Notes: generated from the letters alone by a model not told the origin. A stretch of DNA of 64,000 bases from Candidatus Algichlamydia australiensis (GCA_033977065.1 JAXCHI010000003.1:480001-544000), one strand, 5' to 3'; counted from the first letter of the stretch, positions 28,051 through 38,409 are shown. Numbers and translations: made by a program.

Positions 28051-31000
28051 TCAATTGGTTCTTTTCGCCTGCGAACTATTTCCGTTCAAAACCTTACTTT
28101 CTCTCTCGTGAAACTTTAGCAGAAGCGGAGCTGCAATAAAGAGGGAAGAGAGGGTCCCGAAGATGACTCCGAGAAGCATGACGAAAGCAAAGCCAAAAAT
28201 TGAGCTTCCACCAAGGATAACAATCGCAAGTAATACAGCGAGTGTTGTGGTAGAAGTCATGACTGTGCGGCTCAAGGTTGCGTTGAGTGCCCCATTAATA
28301 ATGGTTTTAAATGAGGTGCGGTTTTTCAGCTTTAGGTCTTCACGTATGCGGTCGAAGATGATGATCGTATCGTTTAGGGAGTAACCGACGATTGTCATCA
28401 AGGCAGCAATTGTTTTGAGATCAATTTGCAGAGGCACTCCAACAAGATAGAGTAGTGCAAGGGCTCCTAGCGTTACGACGACATCATGTGCTAGGCAGAT
28501 TGTGGCACTAACTGCATATTTGAACTCAAAGCGAATGGTGATGTAGAGCAAGATGCAGAGAAGTGCTAAGCTGAGGCCAAAGAGGGCGCTTTTGCGCATG
28601 CTATCAGACATCTGGCCACTAATACTTGACCAGGTTTGGTCGAGCTCTTGCAGTGACTTTTGTGTAAGTTCCACGTTGGATTGCTCAAGTGCTCCCACTA
28701 CCCAGTTGATGCGTGGGTTATTTTGGTAACTATACTTGACATCGGAGTCGAGGATCTCAAGTGGCATTCCATAGAATGGCTTGCTTCCTGCATCCATGCT
28801 TGTTCCGAAGAAGAGGCGTAGATGGTTGGCGGGTGCGAGTACGCGTACGTCAAAATCATTTTTAGAAGCGCCAGCCGCAAGTAGGGCGTTTTCTACTTGC
28901 TTGCGGTAGTCTGTTCCCGCTTCCGGTTCCACTTCAACAGTTAGAGAGTAGCCACCTGTGAAATCCATTCCCATAAGGGTATTTCTTTTTGTGAAGAGGG
29001 TATAGCCACCGGATATTGCGATCACAAGTGCTACAGCAACACATGGTTTAAAGAGTTTGAGGAAGTTGATCTTCTTCGCGCTCTGTAAGAGGCTTGCCAT
29101 AGGTAATTCTTTATTTTTGGGGTTTTGTGCCCAGCGAGTAAAGAAAGTGCGCGTCATAAAGAGCGCGGTAAACATCGAGGAGACAATCCCCACAATAAGA
29201 GTGATAGCAAAGCCTTTAATCGGTCCTGAGTTAAAGTTTAGCAGGATAAGGGCTGCGATGATTGTTGTGATGTTAGAGTCGGCAATAGCAGAGAAGGCTT
29301 TGCGATACCCTGTATTGATCGCAAGACCGATACGTCCACTGTTTTTGAACTCTTCGCGAATACGTTCGAAAACAAGTACGTTTGCATCGACTGCCATTCC
29401 CATAGTGAGGATGATTCCCGCAATCCCGGCAAGAGTGATTGTTGCCTGAATATTTTGGAGAGTGGCCCACATAATTAAAATGTTAAAGAGCACAGCAACA
29501 GAGGCGATTACACCAGCAAAGCGGTAGTAGCCAACCATCAAAACAAATACAAGGCCAAGAGCAATCAACATGGCTACAATTCCTTGCATTCGCTCTTTTT
29601 GTCCTAGTTCTGGGCTTACATTTTGCTCAGAAAGAATTTGTGGCGTGAAGGTCAAGGATCCCGCTTTGAGGTCCGATTCTAAGCGGTTGACTTCACGTGT
29701 TGTAAAACTTCCATAGATTGAAGCGTTGTTACGCAGTGGCTCTTCTAGGCCGGGGGCACTTATAATGGAACCGTTGAGGATTACTGCCATGCGCCATCCA
29801 CGTCCGCCTGAGTAGTTGCTCAAAGCAGAGCTTGCTACGCGATCTTTTGAGAAGGTCGCTGTCCAATCGTAAAAATCGTTGCGCGCTCCACTTGCAACTT
29901 CGAAAGAGAGGAAGTTTCCTTTCATTGGATCGTAAGAGCCGCGGATGTTTTCTAAGTTTGCTCCTTCAAGCGCGTAATTTTTAAATACGATAAGAAGGGG
30001 GTGCGTCTGGTTGTGCCACTCAGTGAAGTTATCTCCACGGAAAAGGGCAATCTTAGAAATGGAATCATTGAACGCGCTGCTTGCTGTCGTGTCATTTACA
30101 GAGGCGAGGCGCAAACCATTTTTATAAAGCATACGGGCTGCTTCAGAGCGGTGCCCTGAAACATTGCTCTCGCTCCCTCCTTCACCATAGAGATGACGCC
30201 AAGCGATCTGATTGATACTTTCAATATCTTTTTTCCCTGTTACAACAGCCTCGTTCCACACCTCTTGTAAGAAACGACTTGTCGCTTCTGAAAGGTTGGA
30301 GTTGCCAGTAGAGAATTGCTCATTCACAACATGGAAGTGCATGGAGCTTGCCTTGATCAAGTCGGCGGCAGAGAGTCCTTGCGCTCCAGGAAAATCAAGT
30401 GTGATGTGAGAGCCTTCACGTCGGATGGAGACTTCTGAAACTCCCATTTTATTCACGCGGCGAGAGAGTTCGTTGATTCCTTGTGAGATATCAGCTTCAT
30501 CAGTGACCAGGCGGTTGCTTGTGTCGCGTAGAGCGATTTGTACCGTCTTTCCTCCAGAAAGATCGAGTCCCCAGTGCAAAATTTTTCGTTCATCTCCGCG
30601 AAAGTATTTTTTTGTGCTTAAGAGAAAATTTGCCCAAAGGGGATTTGTGGTCGGTTTTGGGACTTCGAGCTTTGCATCGAGATCGGGCTTGCTCTGAGCT
30701 GCACTGTAGCTATCGCGCCATTTAAGAAGCTCTTCATGTTCGGTTGTTTCGATACGATTAAGCGTGAGGATACGTTGCTTGACGTTAGAAAATTCAAGGG
30801 TAGCGAAGCGATGTGTTCCGGTTGCCTCAAAACTTTCACGCGTAGCGCTCAAAAGATTTTGGTAGTAGTCTTCTGCTTCAAAAATGTAATCCGCAGCAAA
30901 ACGGCTCCCGAGTGGATAATTTCTGCCTGAGTAACCAGTATAACCATTTTGACGCAGCAACTTTTGTAGGTTACCAAAATCACGAATAAAGCTCTCTGCT

Positions 31001-32595
31001 TGTGGTGATTGTGGGTCTGCCTCATATCGGCTAACGATCTCATCGATTCCTTTTGCAATGACATAGATCGAGCTGTTGCGCATGCCCTGTGGCGGTTGGC
31101 CCGCTTCAAGTACAGGTGCGTAGAGTACAAGACCTAAATGCTTCTGATTTTTTGGAAGTCTTGCAAAACTTTCTGAATCGTAGATAGGGAATGTCTCGCG
31201 GCGTAGATCTTGATGCTCAGGATTCCAATTTTTCTCTAAAAAACTTTTTAGTTGCGCCATCTCTTTTTCAGCAACATTCCCAAGTTTAAGGCTCAAGAAA
31301 CTGTTGCTCTCTCCAAGACTTGAGAGGGCGATTTGAAAGTTATCTAGATGAGGGCGTACATCCTCACCAGTCTCGCGTGTAATGCGGGCAATTTCGTTGT
31401 AGATAAGCTGATCGAGCTCTTCTTTGCGGTGGCGGTTTCCCCCGTTTTCAAGAGAGGCTTGCAGCTTAAGAATATCGTTATGAAGTTTTAATTCTACTTG
31501 TTCAGTAATCCAATCAATTTCAATGCTTTCGATCAAAGGGTTGTGCTTGCCAACAGCAAGTGTTTGCGTGGGACTTGTTTTTCCCGGTGTTGGAGCGCTT
31601 GCAAGAGAGGACTGGATTTTTGAAAATGTTAGGGGAGAGGCACTCGCAGTAAAACTATTTTTCTGACGAGTAATGATGGCTGCGGCACTAGATAGACGCT
31701 TTTCATAGCTCTCGATTGTGTCGAGCTTCTGCTTTTTCACAGAATCAAGAAAAGATTCTTGTTTGCGCAGGTTTTCCTGCTCTCTTTCCAAATTGATTCG
31801 CTCTAAGCGAAATCGATCTTTTAAGCCGTTTAGTGCACTTGATAATTGATCAACAGCTGCAGCGCGGTTGTCGAAGCGTCCTTGAGTAAAGCTTGCATAG
31901 TAACGACGTGCAGCGGAAGAGCTCTCTCCCAAGGTGTCTGCGGCGTTAATAATGTTGCGCGAAAGGAGAAGAAGGAAGTCCGTAGATCTTGGATCTTGTG
32001 GGTTGTGCAGTGCAGCTTCGAGATACTGAGCGTTTTCACTCACGCCCCCTACAACAAGGCCAATATCGAGGAGACGGTCGTCGATAATTTCGCGATAAAG
32101 AGGAGTGACATTGCCATTTTCGTCGTGTTTGAAGGCAAAGTCAAAATAACTTTCATAATTCCCTTTTTCGAAGTGAATCGGAATGTTGCGATGAATAAGA
32201 ACTTTTTTGGAAAGGGAGTCGTGGTCGGCAAGGCTCAACTGTGCAGGGACAAAAGAGACCAAAGCGCCTGCGCGAGGGAGGTAGTTGCGGAAGCGTTTGG
32301 CATCTTCGACGCTGACAAATTCAACATGGATAAGGTCAGGATTTTCTTTATCCAGGGAGACGCTCTTTGTCTTTGTGCCAAGCAATTTGTTGAAAGAGGC
32401 AATCCATTCGAGAGACTCCTCTTCTAACCGATTGACTCTTTGCATTGAAGAGAGAGCGACCTCTTTGGCCTGCTTCGGTCCAATCGCTTGATTCAAAGGT
32501 TTTGTATAAAAGAAAAGGGTAGGAAGGATATTCCACACTGTGAGCCCGATCACAGCACATATTACAACTAGGGGCCAACGTTTTAGCTTTTTCAT
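28051..32595 (-). CDS. secDF: Protein translocase SecD/SecF fusion with large chlamydial N-terminal extension
   Basis: GLDLSGG, GMAVDANVLVFERIREE, GMDFTGG, GYSLNDTIIIFDRIRE. Confidence 0.95.
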   Translation of the reverse strand: MKKLKRWPLVVICAVIGLTVWNILPTLFFYTKPLNQAIGPKQAKEVALSSMQRVNRLEEESLEWIASFNKLLGTKTKSVSLDKENPDLIHVEFVSVEDAKRFRNYLPRAGALVSFVPAQLSLADHDSLSKKVLIHRNIPIHFEKGNYESYFDFAFKHDENGNVTPLYREIIDDRLLDIGLVVGGVSENAQYLEAALHNPQDPRSTDFLLLLSRNIINAADTLGESSSAARRYYASFTQGRFDNRAAAVDQLSSALNGLKDRFRLERINLEREQENLRKQESFLDSVKKQKLDTIESYEKRLSSAAAIITRQKNSFTASASPLTFSKIQSSLASAPTPGKTSPTQTLAVGKHNPLIESIEIDWITEQVELKLHNDILKLQASLENGGNRHRKEELDQLIYNEIARITRETGEDVRPHLDNFQIALSSLGESNSFLSLKLGNVAEKEMAQLKSFLEKNWNPEHQDLRRETFPIYDSESFARLPKNQKHLGLVLYAPVLEAGQPPQGMRNSSIYVIAKGIDEIVSRYEADPQSPQAESFIRDFGNLQKLLRQNGYTGYSGRNYPLGSRFAADYIFEAEDYYQNLLSATRESFEATGTHRFATLEFSNVKQRILTLNRIETTEHEELLKWRDSYSAAQSKPDLDAKLEVPKPTTNPLWANFLLSTKKYFRGDERKILHWGLDLSGGKTVQIALRDTSNRLVTDEADISQGINELSRRVNKMGVSEVSIRREGSHITLDFPGAQGLSAADLIKASSMHFHVVNEQFSTGNSNLSEATSRFLQEVWNEAVVTGKKDIESINQIAWRHLYGEGGSESNVSGHRSEAARMLYKNGLRLASVNDTTASSAFNDSISKIALFRGDNFTEWHNQTHPLLIVFKNYALEGANLENIRGSYDPMKGNFLSFEVASGARNDFYDWTATFSKDRVASSALSNYSGGRGWRMAVILNGSIISAPGLEEPLRNNASIYGSFTTREVNRLESDLKAGSLTFTPQILSEQNVSPELGQKERMQGIVAMLIALGLVFVLMVGYYRFAGVIASVAVLFNILIMWATLQNIQATITLAGIAGIILTMGMAVDANVLVFERIREEFKNSGRIGLAINTGYRKAFSAIADSNITTIIAALILLNFNSGPIKGFAITLIVGIVSSMFTALFMTRTFFTRWAQNPKNKELPMASLLQSAKKINFLKLFKPCVAVALVIAISGGYTLFTKRNTLMGMDFTGGYSLTVEVEPEAGTDYRKQVENALLAAGASKNDFDVRVLAPANHLRLFFGTSMDAGSKPFYGMPLEILDSDVKYSYQNNPRINWVVGALEQSNVELTQKSLQELDQTWSSISGQMSDSMRKSALFGLSLALLCILLYITIRFEFKYAVSATICLAHDVVVTLGALALLYLVGVPLQIDLKTIAALMTIVGYSLNDTIIIFDRIREDLKLKNRTSFKTIINGALNATLSRTVMTSTTTLAVLLAIVILGGSSIFGFAFVMLLGVIFGTLSSLFIAAPLLLKFHERESKVLNGNSSQAKRTN

Positions 32596-32666
32596 AATGA
32601 TACAATCATAACCCTCTTAGGATCATTCTGTCCAGAAAATTTCCTCTATGGTATATTCGATGAGAC

Positions 32667-33344
32667 ATGGTTCCACAACATATCGCAATCATCATGGATG
32701 GAAACCGACGTTTTGCAAAAAACAGAGGAATTCCGGTTAAAGAGGGCCATCGCCTGGGTGGTGAGCAGTTAGAAATTATTACAGATGCTGCCGTAGACTT
32801 GGGGGTAAAAACGCTTACAGTTTACGGATTTTCAACAGAAAATTGGCGACGACCCGCTTTAGAAGTAAAAGTTTTAATGAATTTAGTTGAAAATTTTCTT
32901 AAGAGCAAACGCGCAAGCATGGTGGAGCGTGGTGTCTGCTTCAATGTGATTGGAGATTTGTCAAAACTAAATAAAAATTTGCTTTCAGAAATTGCTTTAA
33001 CCCAAGAGGCGACAAAGGGGTGCAATCGGATTAATTTAGTGGTAGGATTAAATTATGGGGCACGTGACGAAATTGTGCGTGCTGCAAAAAAGATGGCCGA
33101 GAAAATTCCGGCAAAAGATTTCTGCGAGGAGGCGCTTTCCGCCTCTTTAGATACTGCTCCTTGGGGGGATCCCGATCTGCTCATCAGACCAGGAGGAGAG
33201 ATGCGGTTAAGTAATTTTTTACTTTGGCAGATGAGCTACGCAGAAATCTACGTTACGGATCGACTCTGGCCAGAGTTTGGAGTAGATGAATTAAAAAAAG
33301 CGGTGCACGCCTACAGTTTGCGTGACCGTAGAGGAGGAGAGTAA
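32667..33344 (+). CDS. uppS: Undecaprenyl diphosphate synthase
   Basis: HIAIIMDGNRR, FSTENWRR, NYGARDEI, DPDLLIR, RLSNFLLWQ. Confidence 0.97.
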   Translation: MVPQHIAIIMDGNRRFAKNRGIPVKEGHRLGGEQLEIITDAAVDLGVKTLTVYGFSTENWRRPALEVKVLMNLVENFLKSKRASMVERGVCFNVIGDLSKLNKNLLSEIALTQEATKGCNRINLVVGLNYGARDEIVRAAKKMAEKIPAKDFCEEALSASLDTAPWGDPDLLIRPGGEMRLSNFLLWQMSYAEIYVTDRLWPEFGVDELKKAVHAYSLRDRRGGE

Positions 33345-34173
33345 ATTGCGCTTTGCAGATTTAAAAAAACGTCTTACAACAAGTGCTGTTGCCATTGGGG
33401 CAATTGCGCTGATTCTCTTTCTCTCTGAATACCTTTTTATCAAAATTCTTGTTGCCCTTCTTCTCGCTCTTTTAAGCGCAACAGCAGTAATTGAGTACTC
33501 CCATTTTTTGGAGAAGAAAGGTGTTGTCTTGCCCAAACGTCCCCTCGTGATTTTTGCAGCTCTATTGACACTCTCTTTTTCCCTACCTTTACAAGCAGCC
33601 CCTTTGATTATGGCGGTGTTACTGATTTTTTGCATATTTTGCATGCAGATGAAAAAAGTTCATGGATCGATCGTTCGTATCGCAACAAGTTTTTTTGCTC
33701 TTTTCTACATCTGCGTGCCTTTGGGGCTTCTCTTTCGGATTCTTTATCCTGGAGGAGGGCTTGGCCCACTAGGAAACGGGCCTTTCTGGTTGCTCTACCT
33801 CCTAGCGGTTACAAAAATTACCGACATTGCCGCTTACTTTGGCGGGAAGATTTTGGGGAGACGCAAGTTAGCTTCTAATATTTCACCTGGAAAAACAGTT
33901 GAGGGAACAGTTGTCGGAGTCTCTGCTGCCATTTTGTTGAGCGTGCTCTTCTCTTTTTATTCTGACGCACTTCCCTTGATTTCAGCGTTAGTGCTTGGAC
34001 TTTTTATTGGAACTTTTGGTGTTTTAGGAGATCTTGCCGAATCGCTCTTAAAGCGAGATGCTAAAGTAAAAGATAGCAACCGGCTTCCTGGACTTGGTGG
34101 TGCGCTTGATATGGTGGATGCACTTCTGTTCACAACACCCCTCTTTTATGTCGTGATGGGGTACATCACATGA
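33322..34173 (+). CDS. cdsA: Phosphatidate cytidylyltransferase
   Basis: DIAAYFGG, ISPGKTVEG, GDLAESLLKRDAKVKDS, GGALD. Confidence 0.96.
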   Translation: MTVEEESKLRFADLKKRLTTSAVAIGAIALILFLSEYLFIKILVALLLALLSATAVIEYSHFLEKKGVVLPKRPLVIFAALLTLSFSLPLQAAPLIMAVLLIFCIFCMQMKKVHGSIVRIATSFFALFYICVPLGLLFRILYPGGGLGPLGNGPFWLLYLLAVTKITDIAAYFGGKILGRRKLASNISPGKTVEGTVVGVSAAILLSVLFSFYSDALPLISALVLGLFIGTFGVLGDLAESLLKRDAKVKDSNRLPGLGGALDMVDALLFTTPLFYVVMGYIT

Positions 34174-35489
34174 TCATAACGATTGATGGTCCCTCTGGTA
34201 CGGGAAAATCAACAGTTGCTAAGAGGCTTGCAAAAGCGCTTGGGTTTATTCATGTAGATTCTGGAGCTATCTATCGTTCACTCGCCTGGTTTTTACGAGA
34301 TAAGAAGATAGATTCTACGGACGTTGCTGGAATTGAGCAGCAGTTAGAAAATTTTGTTTACCATACAGAAAATGAACGCTTTTTTGTAGGGGAAACAGAG
34401 GTGACAGCGGAGATTCGCACACCAGAGATTACAAAAATCTCTTCAGAAATTTCTAAATATAAAATTGTGAGACAGAAGCTCTACACAATCCAGCGCTCCT
34501 ATGCCCATAAAAATGCAGTTTTTGAGGGCCGTGACTTGGGGAGTGTGGTCTTTCCCGATGCTGATCTAAAGTTTTACCTTACCGCTACATCTGCTATTCG
34601 AGCAAAACGGCGCTTTAAAGAGCTGAAGCAAAAATTTCCAGATCAGACATTTACGCTTAAGCAGGTTGAGAAAGAGATTAGAGAGCGTGACTATGTCGAT
34701 TCGACGCGAAAAATTGCCCCACTTAAGTGTCCAGCAGATGCAAAAGTTCTCGATACATCCCATCTCACTTCTGACAAAGTGTTAAAGCGCGCGATCAAAG
34801 CGTATCGAAAAGTCATTGAGTCGCGTCGTAGTTATTGCGCACCTTACATGGGACTCTTCTACCGCATCGTAATTTTCATTGTGTACCACTTTTTTCGCAT
34901 TTTTTATCGCCACAAAATTTACGGTCTAGAACACTACTTCAAAGGGGGGGCGATTATTGCTCCCAACCACGTCTCTTTTTATGATCCTATGATTGTGCCT
35001 GTCTCTTGGCCGGAAGAAGTAAACTTTCTTGCGCGCTCTACACTCTTTCACAATCGTCTGCTTGGGCATTTCTTGCGTAAAGTGGGATCGCACCCCATCA
35101 AAAGAAACGCAGGGAATACAGAGGTCATCAAGCGAGTGGAAGAGCTGCTAAAAAACGGAAAAAAAGTTGTTCTTTTTCCAGAGGGCACGCGAGCTAAAGA
35201 GAATGTCTTACAAGATATTAAACCCGGAATCGCTCTAATCGTTGTGCGCACACAATCGGCAATTGTTCCGACCTACGTTGCGGGTACATTCGAAGTCTTT
35301 GGCCGAGAAAGACGTTTTCCAAAACTTTTTGGAAAAACTGCCTGTGTTTTTGGATCGGCAATCCACTACGAGGATTACGCCTCCATGCCAAAAAAACAGG
35401 CAATGGAAGAGATCACAAAAAAACTAAAGTCTGCAATGCAAGAGCTGCGCACTTGGTATGAATCAGGTGCAAAAGGCTCTCCTCCCTAA
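34170..35489 (+). CDS. cmk: Cytidylate kinase / 1-acyl-glycerol-3-phosphate acyltransferase fusion (Cmk-PlsC)
   Basis: IDGPSGTGKST, DSGAIYR, EGRDLG; then NHVSFYD and FPEGTR in the same ORF. Confidence 0.93.
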   Translation: MIITIDGPSGTGKSTVAKRLAKALGFIHVDSGAIYRSLAWFLRDKKIDSTDVAGIEQQLENFVYHTENERFFVGETEVTAEIRTPEITKISSEISKYKIVRQKLYTIQRSYAHKNAVFEGRDLGSVVFPDADLKFYLTATSAIRAKRRFKELKQKFPDQTFTLKQVEKEIRERDYVDSTRKIAPLKCPADAKVLDTSHLTSDKVLKRAIKAYRKVIESRRSYCAPYMGLFYRIVIFIVYHFFRIFYRHKIYGLEHYFKGGAIIAPNHVSFYDPMIVPVSWPEEVNFLARSTLFHNRLLGHFLRKVGSHPIKRNAGNTEVIKRVEELLKNGKKVVLFPEGTRAKENVLQDIKPGIALIVVRTQSAIVPTYVAGTFEVFGRERRFPKLFGKTACVFGSAIHYEDYASMPKKQAMEEITKKLKSAMQELRTWYESGAKGSPP

Positions 35490-35653
35490 CAGCTCAGTAC
35501 TGGACAAAAATTTCACTAATGGGAGAGCTGCACCTTCATCAAATCGATTCTCCTCCTTATTCATAGCGCCATGGGCTATGGATTCGTCGCTCGAATCGCT
35601 GCCGCTTCGATTTGCTCCCCTTGGCAAAATTTTTGTCCATTACTGAGCCCTAA
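35486..35653. repeat. Palindromic MITE-like element flanked by a CTAA direct repeat
   Basis: GCTCAGTA.TGGACAAAAATTT / AAATTTTTGTCCA.TACTGAGC; CTAA at 35486 (includes cmk-plsC stop) and 35650. Confidence 0.8.
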
Positions 35654-35776
35654 CAGAAAACTCTAAGCACAAACAAGAAAACTTTACTTTAAATTCATTA
35701 AATATTAAATTCTTCCAAAAGGTAATTAAAAGCTTGAATAAAAATACACCAATTTAGGTGTATTTCAAGCTGCTTT

Positions 35777-36322
35777 TTGCAAAAATATTACAAAATAGAG
35801 GTAAGGAAATTGGGAACAGCTAGCGTTGGTTCAAAAGTTCAATTTGTAAATCTCAATGAAAATTGTTCCCAGCTTTTTCCTCTCTTTAAGGCTGGATTTG
35901 AACGAGTTGTTGGGGATCTTTATACCAACACTGCCGACTACTTGAGTCGTGTGGAAAGGGGGCGGTATGAGTGTTGGCTGTTGCAGGTAGAAGCAGAATT
36001 TGTAGCAACTGTCGTTCATGAGAGGGGTTTTATCGAAGAGTACAGAGGAGCAACAATACCCCCAAAAAGTATAGGAATAAAAACTCTGATTGTGTTTGAT
36101 CCCGATAAGAATCGAAAAAAAGGTTACGGAACTCGCCTTTTAGATAAAGTTTTAGAGTATGCAAGAGCAAACCTTGCTAACGGGGTTCATGTAACAGTGT
36201 CTGAAAAGGCTGAAAGTGCTTGTGGATTTTTTGCAAAAAAAGGATTTGAACCCCTGCATGTATGGGAAAATTTTGAACTTCGTGCTCAGGGAGAAGAATA
36301 CCTGTACTATTTAAACCTGTAA
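35777..36322 (+). CDS. GNAT family acetyltransferase
   Basis: NRKKGYGTRLL motif A, VTVSE...FFAKKGF. Confidence 0.85.
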   Translation: MQKYYKIEVRKLGTASVGSKVQFVNLNENCSQLFPLFKAGFERVVGDLYTNTADYLSRVERGRYECWLLQVEAEFVATVVHERGFIEEYRGATIPPKSIGIKTLIVFDPDKNRKKGYGTRLLDKVLEYARANLANGVHVTVSEKAESACGFFAKKGFEPLHVWENFELRAQGEEYLYYLNL

Positions 36323-36347
36323 AAAAAATTAGTTAAAGGAGACAAAA

Positions 36348-37208
36348 ATGCACAGCGTAAAACAAGAACCATTGGATGCAAAAGGCTGGATGCAAACTCA
36401 GATTACTGGAAAGCGCCCAGCTCCAGATTATCCAGGTACTGAAAAAGCAGCTGCTAGCTACGAAAGTCTGCGTTCAGATTCTTGTAAAAAAGTGAGAAGG
36501 ATTGCTAGTCTTTCACAAAAAACGTCTGTTGATTGCGTAGACTTAAAGGTCTCAAAAGAGATGTTTATTAGAATTCAGACAGGTGTGGAGGTCTTTGGCA
36601 GTATCTTTAAAGGTCCAATTCGAAGCGTGCGTCCTGATAATTTAATCCGCTTCCGTAATAAGAAGGGAGAATCGGTACTGTGCAGAGTGGAGACAGTAAG
36701 AAAAATTTTTATGCTCGATCAAATACCCAAGCTATTTGAAGGTAAAAATTATGCGATTCAAGTTGGGGATTTTGCCGATTCTAAAAAGCTGTTTCTAGAA
36801 AACCAGAAGACTTTTGGAGCTATTGCTGTTCAATTTAAAATAGAGTCTCCATGTGAGCATGAGTTGCTTCTACAAGAGGGTTACTACCATGATATTAAAA
36901 ACGGAGATAAAAAAGTTGAAGGAAGGCTCTTTAACGAAGAAAGATTTGGAAAAGTAAAACCTGGGGATCTCCTCTCTTTTCGAATAACCCCAGATACGCC
37001 TGATAAAAAGCCTTTAAAGTGCAGAATTAAGCGAATAGCTAGATATGAATCTTTTATGGCGTACTTAATGGAAGAAAAATTGATTCACTGTTTGCCTAGA
37101 ACAAAGACTTTAAAGGAGGGAGTAGAAATTTATCGCTCTTTTCCAGGGTATAGAGATGGGGAGCAAAAGTATGGTGTAATTTGTTTTGAAATAGAGCTTT
37201 TGAAGTGA
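36348..37208 (+). CDS. ASCH/PUA-domain protein (C-terminal intact ASCH, N-terminal degenerate copy)
   Basis: YYHDIKNGDKKVEGR...VKPGDLLSF...YESF...KYGVICFEI; upstream repeat MFIRIQTG...VRPDNLIRF. Confidence 0.75.
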   Translation: MHSVKQEPLDAKGWMQTQITGKRPAPDYPGTEKAAASYESLRSDSCKKVRRIASLSQKTSVDCVDLKVSKEMFIRIQTGVEVFGSIFKGPIRSVRPDNLIRFRNKKGESVLCRVETVRKIFMLDQIPKLFEGKNYAIQVGDFADSKKLFLENQKTFGAIAVQFKIESPCEHELLLQEGYYHDIKNGDKKVEGRLFNEERFGKVKPGDLLSFRITPDTPDKKPLKCRIKRIARYESFMAYLMEEKLIHCLPRTKTLKEGVEIYRSFPGYRDGEQKYGVICFEIELLK

Positions 37209-37245
37209 AATTCGCCTTTCGGTTATCATCTGTAGAAAAGGAGTA

Positions 37246-37557
37246 GTGCACGTGGAGCATATTGACGAACAAAATTTTGAAGAGATGACGAAGAAGGGCC
37301 TTGTGCTCGTGGATTTTTTTGCTGATTGGTGCGGTCCTTGTAAGATGCTCACACCTGTGCTTGAAGAGGTGGCTGCAGAGATGGAGGGTAAAGCAATTAT
37401 TGCAAAATTAGATATTGATAAGTCCCAGGCAATCGCAAGCAAATTTCAAGTCACTTCTGTACCGACTTTGATTCTTTTTAAGGATGGTGCTGAAGTGGGA
37501 AGGCTCGTCGGCTTGCGCGATGCGCCTGCAATTAAAGAATTTATTCAAAACGCTTAG
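37246..37557 (+). CDS. trxA: Thioredoxin
   Basis: DFFADWCGPCKM. Confidence 0.97.
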   Translation: MHVEHIDEQNFEEMTKKGLVLVDFFADWCGPCKMLTPVLEEVAAEMEGKAIIAKLDIDKSQAIASKFQVTSVPTLILFKDGAEVGRLVGLRDAPAIKEFIQNA

Positions 37558-37560
37558 GTT

Positions 37561-37773
37561 GTGAGTCGAATTTTTATTATGTTGGGGATTTTGCTGGCAA
37601 CAGTTGGAATCCTCATCCATTTTGGAGTTCCTTTTTCCTGGCTGGGCAATTTACCAGGCGACCTTCGCTACAAAAGCGGCAGCATCAACTTTTTTTTCCC
37701 CATCACAACTTCGATCATTATTAGTTTTTTTCTAACGCTTGTGATTTCTTGCTGTCTCTATCGCAGGAGCTAG
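37561..37773 (+). CDS. Small membrane protein (DUF2905-like)
   Basis: WLGNLPGDL...FFFPITTSIIIS between two TM segments. Confidence 0.8.
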   Translation: MSRIFIMLGILLATVGILIHFGVPFSWLGNLPGDLRYKSGSINFFFPITTSIIISFFLTLVISCCLYRRS

Positions 37774-37803
37774 CGCTCTGTAAATCAAAAATTATTGCAC
37801 GCG

Positions 37804-38265
37804 TTAATCCCCAGTATGGTAGATTAAAGCCTCTTTAGCTCCTGGAAGTATTGGATAGTTTTGGACTGCATCAAGAGGTTTTTTCCATACAAAATCATCA
37901 TGTTCATCAGAAATAATTACACTCGGAAAGTTTTTAAGAAGAATTTGAAAGGGATAGGAAATGTAATTAATACCAGGCTTTACTATGTAAAGTTTATTTA
38001 AGGGTTTGATTTCAGTAGTATTTAGTATTTCAATGCCAGTTTCTTCCTTCAGTTCACGTTTTAAAGCTTCAAATGCAGTTTCCCCATTTTCTATTTTTCC
38101 ACCAGGTACGCTCCAAAAAGAACCTTTGTTGGCGGTATATTTCATAAAAAGCAAGCGTTCTTGTACTTTTACATATGCAGCTACAATTTCTATTGAATGG
38201 GTAAAATCCTTCGGACGTTTTTCGAAAATTGAAATAGATTCACTATTCTGTGCTTGAAGATTCAT
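37804..38265 (-). CDS. NUDIX hydrolase
   Basis: Nudix box GGKIENGETAFEALKRELKEETG; SDEH. Confidence 0.9.
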   Translation of the reverse strand: MNLQAQNSESISIFEKRPKDFTHSIEIVAAYVKVQERLLFMKYTANKGSFWSVPGGKIENGETAFEALKRELKEETGIEILNTTEIKPLNKLYIVKPGINYISYPFQILLKNFPSVIISDEHDDFVWKKPLDAVQNYPILPGAKEALIYHTGD

Positions 38266-38409
38266 GAGCTATATAATACATTAAAACCTAGATTATTTCG
38301 AGTTTTTTCTCTATGATGTCTGTGTTAAAATGAAAATTAAACTATTGAATATTAATTCAAAAGAACTGTATTGGATTAATTTTGATTTTTGTTTGAAAAT
38401 TAAAATTGT

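Noticed and set aside
28051..32595. Very large (1,514 aa) SecDF
   Set aside because: Extended fused SecDF is a known chlamydial trait
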